54,389 nucleotides of DNA from a virus (Duplodnaviria > Caudoviricetes), in IMG/VR virus record IMGVR_UViG_3300021478_000036, positions 1 to 54,389 of that record; one strand, 5' to 3'. Below the pieces are notes generated by a model. That model worked only from the letters and a program-made list of their open reading frames with translations. It made no database searches and had not been told where the DNA came from. A program made the translations under genes and the position numbers. Below, in pieces: positions 20,174 through 28,607 of this stretch. Position 1 is the stretch's first letter; every line of letters starts with the position of its first letter.

Positions 20174-20560
20174 TTACGTTTTGTCATTTGCTTTGTCCTC
20201 TATACGCGCGTGCGCGTTCTTTGATATTACATGCGCGCGTTCACTTTCAATTATCTGACAAACCTCCTGTCCCTCATACGCACTCATAAACTCAGTAGGT
20301 AAATGAACAGTCTTACCATCAATATGAGTAACAACGTACCAGTACCTAAATATAGGACGTTTCTTGTCATCGAGCTTCTCCGCAAGATCACGCGCAACCG
20401 CATAGTGTGCGCCACCTTTACCCTGAGCACGATAGTATTCACGCTGTTGGTGCTCTGGTCCCTTTACATAACCATGCGCCCAATTGAGGTCATCACCCCA
20501 TACCATTACTACATCGTTGCCATCTACATCCTTTCCAACAACTTGTTTATCCATTGGCAT
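20174..20560 (-). CDS. Hypothetical protein
   Basis: 128 aa, GGAG RBS. Confidence 0.65.
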   Translation of the reverse strand: MPMDKQVVGKDVDGNDVVMVWGDDLNWAHGYVKGPEHQQREYYRAQGKGGAHYAVARDLAEKLDDKKRPIFRYWYVVTHIDGKTVHLPTEFMSAYEGQEVCQIIESERAHVISKNAHARIEDKANDKT

Positions 20561-20756
20561 CTTTATCTCCCAACTTTAAACGCAATGGTTTAAGTATAGC
20601 CATTACAGGTTTTGTATTATGTGAGAACATTTGTAATTTACCATCTGGGCTTTCCCACACTTGACCCAATGAACAATCCAAATCAGCCCGCCGTTGCCAA
20701 CCAAACGTATGAAGCGGTGCAACTACCACGGTGGGTTTCGTCGGGTCACTATTCAT
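20547..20756 (-). CDS. Hypothetical protein
   Basis: 69 aa; its ATG lies inside a palindrome copy (20746..20761). Confidence 0.55.
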   Translation of the reverse strand: MNSDPTKPTVVVAPLHTFGWQRRADLDCSLGQVWESPDGKLQMFSHNTKPVMAILKPLRLKLGDKDANG

Positions 20757-20758
20757 AG

Positions 20759-21007
20759 TTAGCTCTTGAGCTTTGAGTCTATATGTACTATGGTGTTAGG
20801 ACCGATAGCATCCTTCATAAGTTCAGCTAAATGAGCTTCAGTTTTACCAGAGAATATTAATACATCAATTGGCAAATCCATTAATGCACCATTAACTTTA
20901 ATGAACGTATCTCCCGGCTCATCACGAAACTTAGCAAGATTGCCAAAACTTAACCCAAGAATTAATAATGTACGTCCATCTGGTTGAACTGCTGTTGCTT
21001 TAATCAT
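20759..21007 (-). CDS. Hypothetical protein
   Basis: 82 aa, overlapping operon arrangement. Confidence 0.65.
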   Translation of the reverse strand: MIKATAVQPDGRTLLILGLSFGNLAKFRDEPGDTFIKVNGALMDLPIDVLIFSGKTEAHLAELMKDAIGPNTIVHIDSKLKS

Positions 21008-21197
21008 GAGTGTTTTCCATCCTCAATTGTTCTTCAAGTTCATCTGCCATAATACGTAACTTTATAATCATTCTATCGACAGGACAGTCATATGAAAATT
21101 TTATGTATGCACCATTCATTTTCTCTTCACCTGCCCATAAAATACGAAACCCTATTTCCTCTGTCTCCTCCCAATATAATGTCTCAACTGTCGTCAT
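21000..21197 (-). CDS. Hypothetical protein
   Basis: 65 aa; ATGA overlap with the upstream gene. Confidence 0.6.
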   Translation of the reverse strand: MTTVETLYWEETEEIGFRILWAGEEKMNGAYIKFSYDCPVDRMIIKLRIMADELEEQLRMENTHD

Positions 21198-21496
21198 GCT
21201 CTCCCACTTATTTCTGGTTGCCCTTCAAAACGAGCAATCATTTCCTTCATAAGCGTTACAACGTCCCTACGGTCTGCACCATTAGAAATGTAATTACAAC
21301 GTCCATCAAATCCTTCAAAAGGAAATACCATTAGAACGAAGCCAGTTTTACGATCCTTCCCTTTAGCTTGACCGTTGAACATCTCATTGAGTGCAACAGC
21401 CATAGAGTTCATCATTACTATATATTCTTTCTCTATCGGAGCATCGCCGAGTTTCCACTCCCCAAGTCCGCGTTCTCTTTGTTTATGCTCGCTCAT
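21194..21496 (-). CDS. Hypothetical protein (GFVLMVFPF...CNYISN type)
   Basis: 100 aa, coding-like; starts just after the tRNA-Tyr 3' end. Confidence 0.7.
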   Translation of the reverse strand: MSEHKQRERGLGEWKLGDAPIEKEYIVMMNSMAVALNEMFNGQAKGKDRKTGFVLMVFPFEGFDGRCNYISNGADRRDVVTLMKEMIARFEGQPEISGRA

Positions 21497-21515
21497 GTGT
21501 GCTCACTATAGTTAG

Positions 21516-21600
21516 TGGTGGGAGCGGTAGGATTTGAACCTACGTGGGACATAGCCACCAGATTTACAGTCTGGCTCCTTCATCGCTTGGATACGCTCCC
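21516..21600 (-). tRNA. trnY: tRNA-Tyr (anticodon GTA)
   Basis: Minus strand GGGAGCG...CCAGA-CTGTAAA-TCTGG...GTAGG-TTCAAAT-CCTAC-CGCTCCC-A-CCA: full acceptor stem, long variable arm, encoded CCA. Confidence 0.95.
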
Positions 21601-21741
21601 CCAAGGGGCTGGCTCCGTTTTGTAGTCCGTGAGTGTCCATTTAAGTACGGATAACACGTCGCACCGCACACCCCGTTGGGGCGAACCCGATGCTGCATTT
21701 AAAGCACCCAGTCCGCCCCCATCATAGCCTAACGGGGGCTG

Positions 21742-22461
21742 TCAGGCTACGATATCACGCATACGCTTGCGTGTCGCTGCACCCCACGCCATAAACCCAA
21801 AGCCAATAGCTATCATAGCCCAAGTAGAAGTCTCAGGCACCTCACTCGTTACCAACGCCTGACCTCTATTGATCAACGCCTCTCCCGGAGACAGAGTGAG
21901 CGTCGATTGAAGGGTCATAGAGAACGGAGCAGCTAATGTTTGGATAAAGCTACCATTAGTACTGAACGCACTAGTACGCCCAACTGACGCATTACTGAAC
22001 GTGGTTAGTAACACACCGGGGGTGTCAAAGGCATTGTCTGCACCTTGAGCATTCGCCGGATCGACGAACCAGCCCATCGTGATGGCTGAGCCACTCGGCC
22101 CTTGCCAAGTACCAGACCCCGCAGCAGTGAACAAAGCTGCAATACTCGGAAAGTCTGTATCACTCACGGCAACAGTAGCCACAATGGGAGTGGCTAGCGT
22201 GTTAATGATATCGAGAGATGACGTGTTCAAACTCGGAAACGGAGGACCGTGATCCGATGCCTGAATAGAGCCGTCAACTGCAATACCGTCAACAACGACA
22301 TTACCAACCTGAACAATACCAAGTGCAGGGTTGGTATCGCACGAAGTGTTATCGGCACAGAAGAACGCATCAGGTCCAACCTGAAGCGCAATCTGTAACG
22401 TAGCATTTGCGGGGGCGCTTAACAGTGTCGCTCCCAATAAAGTACCTACAAGTCGTCGCAT
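21742..22461 (-). CDS. PEP-CTERM (PEPxxWA-type) exosortase-substrate surface protein
   Basis: Start moved to MRRLVGTLLGATLLSAPANA (signal peptide, AGGAG RBS). C-terminus VPETSTWAM, then a transmembrane helix, then basic TRKRMR. Confidence 0.85.
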   Translation of the reverse strand: MRRLVGTLLGATLLSAPANATLQIALQVGPDAFFCADNTSCDTNPALGIVQVGNVVVDGIAVDGSIQASDHGPPFPSLNTSSLDIINTLATPIVATVAVSDTDFPSIAALFTAAGSGTWQGPSGSAITMGWFVDPANAQGADNAFDTPGVLLTTFSNASVGRTSAFSTNGSFIQTLAAPFSMTLQSTLTLSPGEALINRGQALVTSEVPETSTWAMIAIGFGFMAWGAATRKRMRDIVA

Positions 22462-22556
22462 TTGTCTCACTCCTATGTCGCCTTTCCGTGTGCGCGTCAC
22501 TATATATAGTTACTCTTACATATGATAGCTGCGCGCATGTAACGCTCCTACGCGTA

Positions 22557-24023
22557 CTAAGTCCAAGCCTGCGATGGCATCCTCCCCCTTCTCTCTAGCG
22601 CCTCTCGCCTTCTTATATCACTGCGAGTGGTATTCTCAACCCAATTGTATGCGCTAGCGTTACGTGCTACAAGCGCAGCATACTCCAGCGCATCCGCTAT
22701 ATGTGAGCTTTCGTTCTTGTCGGGTACAGGTTTGCTTATACCTGTTTTTAATTTCGTATACCTATACCCACCATTAAGTGCTGCGATCAAGTTCGGGCAC
22801 CCCAACTCGCTTATGAGCATACCGGGGCCACCGTCAATACTCAAACCAAGCCAATACTCGACAGCTTGAATACGTAACTCAATGTCGTTTGTTGGTGCAG
22901 GATATGCGTGCTTAAACCCAAGTTGGTTCAATACTTTAAAGTTGTTTACTTCAAACTGGTCGTTTTTATACTCACCACTCGGGTCGCCAATTATTACAAT
23001 ACTCTTGCCCATATACAACGGGTTGAGCAGCATGGGCCGGAGTGTTGATTTAACGTGAAATACAATACCAATGTCCTCTGCCGACGCCTCCTCAAGTATC
23101 AGGAACCTACCGCGGTGATCTACTTGGGTAATCAAGCTCCACGGACTACGACCAAAGTCCTGTCCAACGAGGAGCATTTTGTTTTGTACGGGTTCAACAT
23201 TTGGTGCACAGTGATACCGCCTAACAAAAGTATTAGCGAACACAGCAGTACCCGAAGGATCGCGTCCATATTCAGCGTCAACATATCGACGAACCCAGTC
23301 CTGATTCTTGGTTTGTGCGGCACGAGCATAATACTCCCTCCCCTTTTGTAACCTAACTGGGTGGTCAAGTGGTAGTAATATACTCTCAGCATTCTGGTTC
23401 AGGTGCGGTATATTCTCTGCTATCTCAGTTCTACCACCCGGTTGCTTGAACACCTCAAACTGATTAGGCGCGTTTTCTAAAAACTCGTGCCAGTCGCTAT
23501 GCTCAGTAGGGAAATTACTGTCGCCAATAATACCAGACCAAGTAGGCACACCAAAGCGACCTCGCGGGTACCGAGTACAACGACCGCCCAAAGGGTCCAT
23601 AAGGTGTACATTAACTTCAGAAAACTCATTTATCCATGCCCCAGTAAGTTGGGTAGACAATAAACGTCTTTCGTCAGAAGGCTCATCCAACGGCAGGAAC
23701 AACCATTCACTTCGTATGTCATCGAAATTTATATATAAAGTACTCTCACTTACTTTCCACTCAGCTATCTCTTCCAACCACATCATACAGTCTTTAAGAA
23801 CTGTCATCTTAAGTTGCGATAAAGTCTGGCGTACTATAGCAAACCTTGTGTGCCGTAACCCGTCATCTCCCGGAGCTTGCATAGCGGCACGCCTAACAAG
23901 CTCCATTATACAGCTTGTAGTCTTCCCGCTTCCTATTGGCCCAAGTATTAAACGCCCAAAGCTCGGGCTTGCCATGAACAAACCGATGGTAAGCGGAGCG
24001 TCATATTTTATATGTGTGCCCAT
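22557..24023 (-). CDS. terL: Terminase large subunit
   Basis: Walker A GPIGSGKT, Walker B AWINE, nuclease GQDFG and SHIADALEY. Confidence 0.92.
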   Translation of the reverse strand: MGTHIKYDAPLTIGLFMASPSFGRLILGPIGSGKTTSCIMELVRRAAMQAPGDDGLRHTRFAIVRQTLSQLKMTVLKDCMMWLEEIAEWKVSESTLYINFDDIRSEWLFLPLDEPSDERRLLSTQLTGAWINEFSEVNVHLMDPLGGRCTRYPRGRFGVPTWSGIIGDSNFPTEHSDWHEFLENAPNQFEVFKQPGGRTEIAENIPHLNQNAESILLPLDHPVRLQKGREYYARAAQTKNQDWVRRYVDAEYGRDPSGTAVFANTFVRRYHCAPNVEPVQNKMLLVGQDFGRSPWSLITQVDHRGRFLILEEASAEDIGIVFHVKSTLRPMLLNPLYMGKSIVIIGDPSGEYKNDQFEVNNFKVLNQLGFKHAYPAPTNDIELRIQAVEYWLGLSIDGGPGMLISELGCPNLIAALNGGYRYTKLKTGISKPVPDKNESSHIADALEYAALVARNASAYNWVENTTRSDIRRREALERRGRMPSQAWT

Positions 24024-24172
24024 TAACTATATATAGTGAGCGTGTTGGTGGTTGTATGCATGTACGGCACTGACCACGGTTTTTTTAAAAAGTAGGAGGG
24101 CGCTACTAGCTGGGGGGCTCATGAATGCAGCACCCTCCTAAGCGAGCCGATGGACTTTGCTCACTGTTGTAT

Positions 24173-24208
24173 AGGGTACAGTATTGTATTAGTATTGTCA
24201 ATGGGATT
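24173..24208 (-). promoter_or_regulatory. Putative sigma70 promoter for the terL operon
   Basis: Minus strand AATCCCA-TTGACA, 17 nt, TACCCT. Confidence 0.55.
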
Positions 24209-24644
24209 TACAGTATATTGGTTTTTTATTTTTCGAGGGTGCGGTTATTTGGGTTTGTACTTTTTTCGGATTTTTAGAATCTAATATTTCGGGAGTGTAC
24301 TATTTTACTTTTTTTATCCTATAATAGTCAAAGACCTAATAGCGCCCGGTCGCCCCCCACCGGCCTGTCCAACTGGGGGTGGGGCCGGGTCCGATGCAAT
24401 GTTATAACATAACACTGAGAGAATAAAAAGAAAGCGCAGCATGTGGCTGCGCCTATAGCTATTACGCAATACGACTATGATTAACCAAACCATGTAAACG
24501 TAAAGCGCCGCGACAATACATGGGCGGGCAGATAGTAACAGGTAGGTTAGACTTGACCCAATGGCAATACAAGTAAGCAAGTAACTCACTCCACTGTTGT
24601 TTGGTCTGAGGATCACAAGAGATAGTTTTCATTAGCTCAACTCC

Positions 24645-24674
24645 AAAAGAAAACGGGGAGCATTAAGCTCCCCG
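24645..24674 (-). terminator. Rho-independent terminator
   Basis: cggggagc-attaa-gctccccg hairpin followed on the minus strand by ttttctttt. Confidence 0.8.
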
Positions 24675-24685
24675 CTATAGTTAAC

Positions 24686-25000
24686 TTACTTGCCTTTCTT
24701 TGCAGTAAAGGAAACCTTGGTCTTGCCATTCTTTGTATTGGGAACAGCATTACCAAAGGATAGTCCGTCAAACTTGAAACTAAACCGGCGAACCATTCCA
24801 GCCGGAATAGCTTCGCTATACGAATCGTTGAACTGTTCCGCAAACTTAGTCTTTGCGGCTTTAACAGCCTGTTCCATTTCATGAATAGTAGTAACTTGCT
24901 TCGCAAGTACTGGGGGCAATGAAGTAAGCTCCATTTGCTCCCATTCGATATCTTTGCTGTTAGACTTGGTGGAGGGCAGGTTGAAAGTAGCAACAGTCAT
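24686..25000 (-). CDS. Hypothetical early protein (monocistronic, basic C-terminus)
   Basis: Start moved to MTVATFNL (GGAGCTAC RBS); has its own promoter and terminator. Confidence 0.75.
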   Translation of the reverse strand: MTVATFNLPSTKSNSKDIEWEQMELTSLPPVLAKQVTTIHEMEQAVKAAKTKFAEQFNDSYSEAIPAGMVRRFSFKFDGLSFGNAVPNTKNGKTKVSFTAKKGK

Positions 25001-25049
25001 TAGAGTAGCTCCAGTTTGTCGGGGCGAAAATCGCTGGCCGACGATCACT

Positions 25050-25077
25050 ATTATAGTGGTTTCGCCGGGCCTGTCAA
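25050..25077 (-). promoter_or_regulatory. Near-consensus sigma70 promoter overlapped by a palindrome variant
   Basis: Minus strand TTGACA, 16 nt, TATAAT. Confidence 0.75.
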
Positions 25078-25097
25078 GCGATATTTTTTCTCAAATA

Positions 25098-25110
25098 AAT
25101 CAATGGGTTA
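25098..25110 (+). promoter_or_regulatory. IHF-binding consensus site
   Basis: AATCAA-TGGG-TTA matches WATCAANNNNTTR; further matches at 25312..25324 (minus, exact) and 25545..25557 (minus, one mismatch). Confidence 0.55.
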
Positions 25111-25201
25111 GCGATTTTCGGGCCGTTCGCCTCGCGGTTGATGAACTAGAGTTTATATAAGTTCTAGTTTAACTAGAGCTAGAAAGAATTAACTAGAATA
25201 G

Positions 25202-25278
25202 GTCAAGTAACAACTAAACAAGTCAAGTAACAACTAAACAAGTCAAGTAACAGTCAAGTAACAATCAAGTAGTCAAAT
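25202..25278. repeat. Tandem GTCAAGTAACA-based repeats
   Basis: gtcaagtaacaactaaacaa x2, then shorter gtcaagtaaca units degenerating to the right. Confidence 0.9.
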
Positions 25279-25433
25279 AGCCAGATCATGTAATGGCACA
25301 CCAACCACCCATAAACCATTGATTTGATTGATGTTTTAGGTCAAGTAGCCAGCGCATTAAGCGGCACTAGAACTGGAAAGGCCCCATAATACAATATACA
25401 AAATACAAAAAGACAGATACTATATATATCTCG

Positions 25434-25483
25434 ATCAACCATCAACCATCAACCAGACACCCCGTTGATGGTTGATGGTTGAT
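25434..25483. repeat. Perfect 20-bp inverted repeat built from ATCAACC heptamers
   Basis: atcaaccatcaaccatcaac-cagacacccc-gttgatggttgatggttgat. Confidence 0.9.
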
Positions 25484-25597
25484 ACTCCTATACAGCTCTG
25501 ATGTTAAAAAACTATGTTGTATTATGTATTAGTCGCAAACGGGCTAACCCTTTGAAATGATTGGGGAAAATAAATATAAGATCCCTAGATTATCCTA

Positions 25598-25626
25598 TTG
25601 ACAAGTCACTGACAATAGTGTACAGT
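25598..25626 (+). promoter_or_regulatory. Sigma70 promoter opening the early arm
   Basis: TTGACA, 17 nt, TACAGT; a degenerate palindrome fills the spacer. Confidence 0.75.
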
Positions 25627-25649
25627 AAAAGAATTGGATAGAAGGAGAC

Positions 25650-26233
25650 ATGAAATGCCAAAACTGCGCGCCCCGGTTGATAGTCTTAGGGATGCACAAA
25701 AACATATGATAGTGTTCAAATCTAGGATACTTAAATCTGAAAGAAATGGCTCTAATCATGATAGTGATGAGATAGCGGTTGACGTCAATAGGGTTATCAT
25801 CACTATTGATGCTCTTATAGACAAGCTTCCACAAGAAGAGAAATCTTTTCCAGATAAAGCAGTAAGTTCTGCACTAGATTTAATTAACAAAGAAGTAAAA
25901 AAGAATGTTCCTAAAATCGACTATCTTGGAATAGTTAGGGACATGTGTAATGCGAGCGTTATAAGCGAAGCAAAACGCATCGGCTTAGAGCATAATATTT
26001 CAGATGCACAAGTAAACCAAGTAATAAATAGAGCGCCACTCAACTCAAACCTTGGTAGGGCTGTTGCCGTCTATAAAGCGAAACTGCAACGTATGAAGCC
26101 CAAACCAGCACCTATAAAATATGAGCCTTCGGCTCCAAATGTAATAATGGAGGATGATGACAATAGTATTACTAATGATAGTGACGAAGGTGAAATGGAT
26201 GACGAGCTAAACCACCTATTAGCGAGTAAATAA
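25650..26233 (+). CDS. Hypothetical early protein with acidic C-terminus
   Basis: ORF 25634..26233 with an AAGGAG RBS near 25642-25647; start near 25650-25655 (MPKLRAP), exact start codon uncertain. Confidence 0.65.
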
Positions 26234-26234
26234 T

Positions 26235-26513
26235 ATGGCTAATACATTAGTTGGCGATCACATTGATTATGCAGGTAAATGCAGTATGTGTGGACATTTA
26301 ATAGGTATTGTTATACAAGGTGAAGAAATAGATGAGTTGTTGAAGGAGGAAAACTATTTTTATTGCACTGGTTGCTATGATATATCAGAAGAAATAGCAT
26401 TTGAATTAAAAACGCCAAAACCTTGGATCAAATTAGGTATTAGTCGCGCTACCTATTACCGTGACCAAGCACGTAGTAAAGCTAATAACATGAACCGTTC
26501 AAACAAACGATGA
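26235..26513 (+). CDS. Zn-finger plus short HTH-like protein
   Basis: CSMC...CTGC and C-terminal KPWIKLGISRATYYR. Confidence 0.65.
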   Translation: MANTLVGDHIDYAGKCSMCGHLIGIVIQGEEIDELLKEENYFYCTGCYDISEEIAFELKTPKPWIKLGISRATYYRDQARSKANNMNRSNKR

Positions 26514-26616
26514 GCAATAAGCCTATTAATAAATACCACATACGCTCATTACTCACTATATTTAGTGATTGCGGGCTTAATCAGTTTGAGTATTTAATGC
26601 TTGAGTTACGTTACAT

Positions 26617-26871
26617 ATGGGAGGAACTAAAGTGGATATAGACATGAACATGCTTATGATAATGTTTGGAGTAATGATGGGGTTGATAGTAATACTCATA
26701 TGGTGGGCGTCACATATACATTTACAGCTCCTACGTGAACATAACCATTTTACTAAAGAGTTAACTGAAGTATATACACACTTGCAAGAGCATTTAGACT
26801 TAATAAAGCGGCAAGAGCGTATACAAACAATGAAGGATGGTATATATGGAAAGGGAACCGATCGAGTTTGA
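26617..26871 (+). CDS. Small membrane protein
   Basis: One N-terminal hydrophobic helix followed by a coiled coil. Confidence 0.6.
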   Translation: MGGTKVDIDMNMLMIMFGVMMGLIVILIWWASHIHLQLLREHNHFTKELTEVYTHLQEHLDLIKRQERIQTMKDGIYGKGTDRV

Positions 26872-27037
26872 CTGTATTGACTGTGATGTGCATGTATACA
26901 TATATGTTATAAATACTACACAACAAATACAAACTGAGCGTTGCTCTAGTTGTGAGTGGTTACACTTTACTAAATTACCAGAAGAGAAGAAAGAGGAACT
27001 ACGTAAACTGTTGAACTGGAAAGGAAGTAACAGATGA
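26837..27037 (+). CDS. Small Zn-binding protein
   Basis: CIDC...CSSC. Confidence 0.6.
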   Translation: MVYMEREPIEFDCIDCDVHVYIYVINTTQQIQTERCSSCEWLHFTKLPEEKKEELRKLLNWKGSNR

Positions 27038-27252
27038 ACGAGGACTTAATAAACCGAATACCTAATAAGCCACAATTAGACATTGGTTCTACTGTTGTCA
27101 AACATGGTGCTTACCAGTGGCGTGGTGTTGTGTGTAGTGTATTCGGCACACCAGATGGTCTTAAGCGTGTTGTTGTAGCGCATAGAGTTGATAAAGGATA
27201 TGTGTTACATATCTATAGACCTGAGCAATTAGAGATAGTGTTGGGGGCTTGA
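27034..27252 (+). CDS. Small SH3-like/beta protein, hypothetical
   Basis: IGSTVVKHG.YQWRGVVCSVF...LHIYRPEQL; ATGA overlap. Confidence 0.6.
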   Translation: MNEDLINRIPNKPQLDIGSTVVKHGAYQWRGVVCSVFGTPDGLKRVVVAHRVDKGYVLHIYRPEQLEIVLGA

Positions 27253-27277
27253 CACGGCGACCAAGTTCGGCTACAAT
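27249..27277 (+). promoter_or_regulatory. Sigma70 promoter
   Basis: TTGACA, 17 nt, TACAAT. Confidence 0.75.
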
Positions 27278-27315
27278 TTTGGTCGGTGCCGTATTTAATA
27301 TATGAGGAGCTACAC

Positions 27316-27468
27316 ATGCAACGCTTTACTGACTGGTTGAAATACGACTATGGATGGTTTGTTATATTGTTTTGTTTATTTATATTACTTGTAACCTTAA
27401 ATAAATCGGAGGTATGCAGCGAAAACCCAGATGGGTATGGTTGCAATGGTATTGAGGATCATAACTAA
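27316..27468 (+). CDS. Small membrane protein
   Basis: Start moved to MQRFTD (GAGGAGCTAC RBS); one transmembrane helix. Confidence 0.6.
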   Translation: MQRFTDWLKYDYGWFVILFCLFILLVTLNKSEVCSENPDGYGCNGIEDHN

Positions 27469-27734
27469 TGGACGATAACGTATTCAACGCTAAACTTGCG
27501 TGGCAGAGAGCATGTGAGAATGTTAATATAGCAGTTAGCAATGTATCAAAAACAGCTAAAGCTGCAAATGATGATCGTAAAGATCCAGTATACATTGCTG
27601 CACTCACCACTTTTCGTAAAGCTACGGAGATCGAAAAACTAACTAAGAAAATATATATGTCTGCAATGGCTAAACAGAACTTCAAGAGGAAGAGGACTGC
27701 AAATGCCAATGGTAACAAACCAACAAATGAATAA
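27468..27734 (+). CDS. Hypothetical protein
   Basis: 88 aa; TAATG overlap with the upstream gene. Confidence 0.6.
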   Translation: MDDNVFNAKLAWQRACENVNIAVSNVSKTAKAANDDRKDPVYIAALTTFRKATEIEKLTKKIYMSAMAKQNFKRKRTANANGNKPTNE

Positions 27735-27912
27735 AGCACTAACTATAGTGATCAAGTTAGCAAAAGATAATGTTATGCGTGATGAGCAACTTGAAGCAAT
27801 TAAACTAGTTGAGCATTTGCAAACTACAATGTTTATGCACAACTTAACACGAATAAAGGAGGATATAAAAACTGAAGTGATTAAGTATCACAACGGAGAC
27901 AATGAGGACTGA
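27727..27912 (+). CDS. Hypothetical protein
   Basis: MNKALTIVIK start; overlaps neighbours. Confidence 0.55.
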   Translation: MNKALTIVIKLAKDNVMRDEQLEAIKLVEHLQTTMFMHNLTRIKEDIKTEVIKYHNGDNED

Positions 27913-27913
27913 A

Positions 27914-28093
27914 ATGGCAAATAACCCAGCTAAAAACTATATCGACATATTACTTAATACTATCGCTACGATAGTAAATGAGGACAAGCGACCGTATAAG
28001 GAGAAAGTTCAAGCTATATTGGCTGCATGTGATGAAGCTGATCGAATAAATTTGAGTGAGTTTGTATCATGGTTTGATGAAGTTGAGTGGTAA
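27914..28093 (+). CDS. Hypothetical protein
   Basis: GAGG RBS before MANNPAK; followed by a terminator. Confidence 0.6.
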   Translation: MANNPAKNYIDILLNTIATIVNEDKRPYKEKVQAILAACDEADRINLSEFVSWFDEVEW

Positions 28094-28104
28094 CTAACTA
28101 TAAT

Positions 28105-28135
28105 AACTGGCAGTGTAACAACTGCCAGTTTTTTT
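28105..28135 (+). terminator. Rho-independent terminator
   Basis: aactggcagt-gtaaca-actgccagtt followed by a T run. Confidence 0.85.
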
Positions 28136-28157
28136 GTAGCTAAAAACAGGGTAAAAC

Positions 28158-28388
28158 GTGAACAAGCCAACCAACGACTATATACAATTCCGATTAATAC
28201 AAATGCCATGTTGCCATATATTTATTTGTTGGGCTAATCCACGCAGACCAATGTATTGTCCTGAGTGCGGCACACGTATATTTAATTACTTTCCTAGACC
28301 AAAATGGGATAATACATATTCACCAGCATGGTTGCGTGTTGAAAATGTGGACAAAGCAACATATATATGTACAGAGGAGGGAAAATAA
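28158..28388 (+). CDS. Small Zn-ribbon protein
   Basis: MPCCH...YCPECG. Confidence 0.6.
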   Translation: MNKPTNDYIQFRLIQMPCCHIFICWANPRRPMYCPECGTRIFNYFPRPKWDNTYSPAWLRVENVDKATYICTEEGK

Positions 28389-28389
28389 G

Positions 28390-28602
28390 ATGCGATATAG
28401 AGTAGTACTACGAAGTCTTAAAAACCCAGATGAACTAATCACTTTAAATAGTGATGCAACATCGCTTGACTATGCTCAACAGCAACGTAAGTCATGGCGT
28501 AAAGCGTTAGGTGATAAAAAGTGGACACAAGACCGTAGACCGGGATTGGATACACTTGACCACTTGACACTATCAATCGAAAAAGCAAATGAAAGCGAGT
28601 AA
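28390..28602 (+). CDS. Hypothetical protein
   Basis: GGAGG RBS before MRYRVV. Confidence 0.6.
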   Translation: MRYRVVLRSLKNPDELITLNSDATSLDYAQQQRKSWRKALGDKKWTQDRRPGLDTLDHLTLSIEKANESE

Positions 28603-28607
28603 ATAAA

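Noticed and set aside
24314-24616. 100-aa minus-strand ORF as terminase small subunit
   Set aside because: No clear RBS, composition looks non-coding, it lies downstream of a terminator, and it crosses low-complexity DNA.
25202-25278. Possible CRISPR array
   Set aside because: Units are short and adjacent with no unique spacers; the Cas4-like gene is a usual stand-alone phage nuclease.
28091-28106. TAACTAACTATAATAA as another palindrome copy
   Set aside because: It starts at a stop codon like true copies but has three mismatches, so it was not counted.
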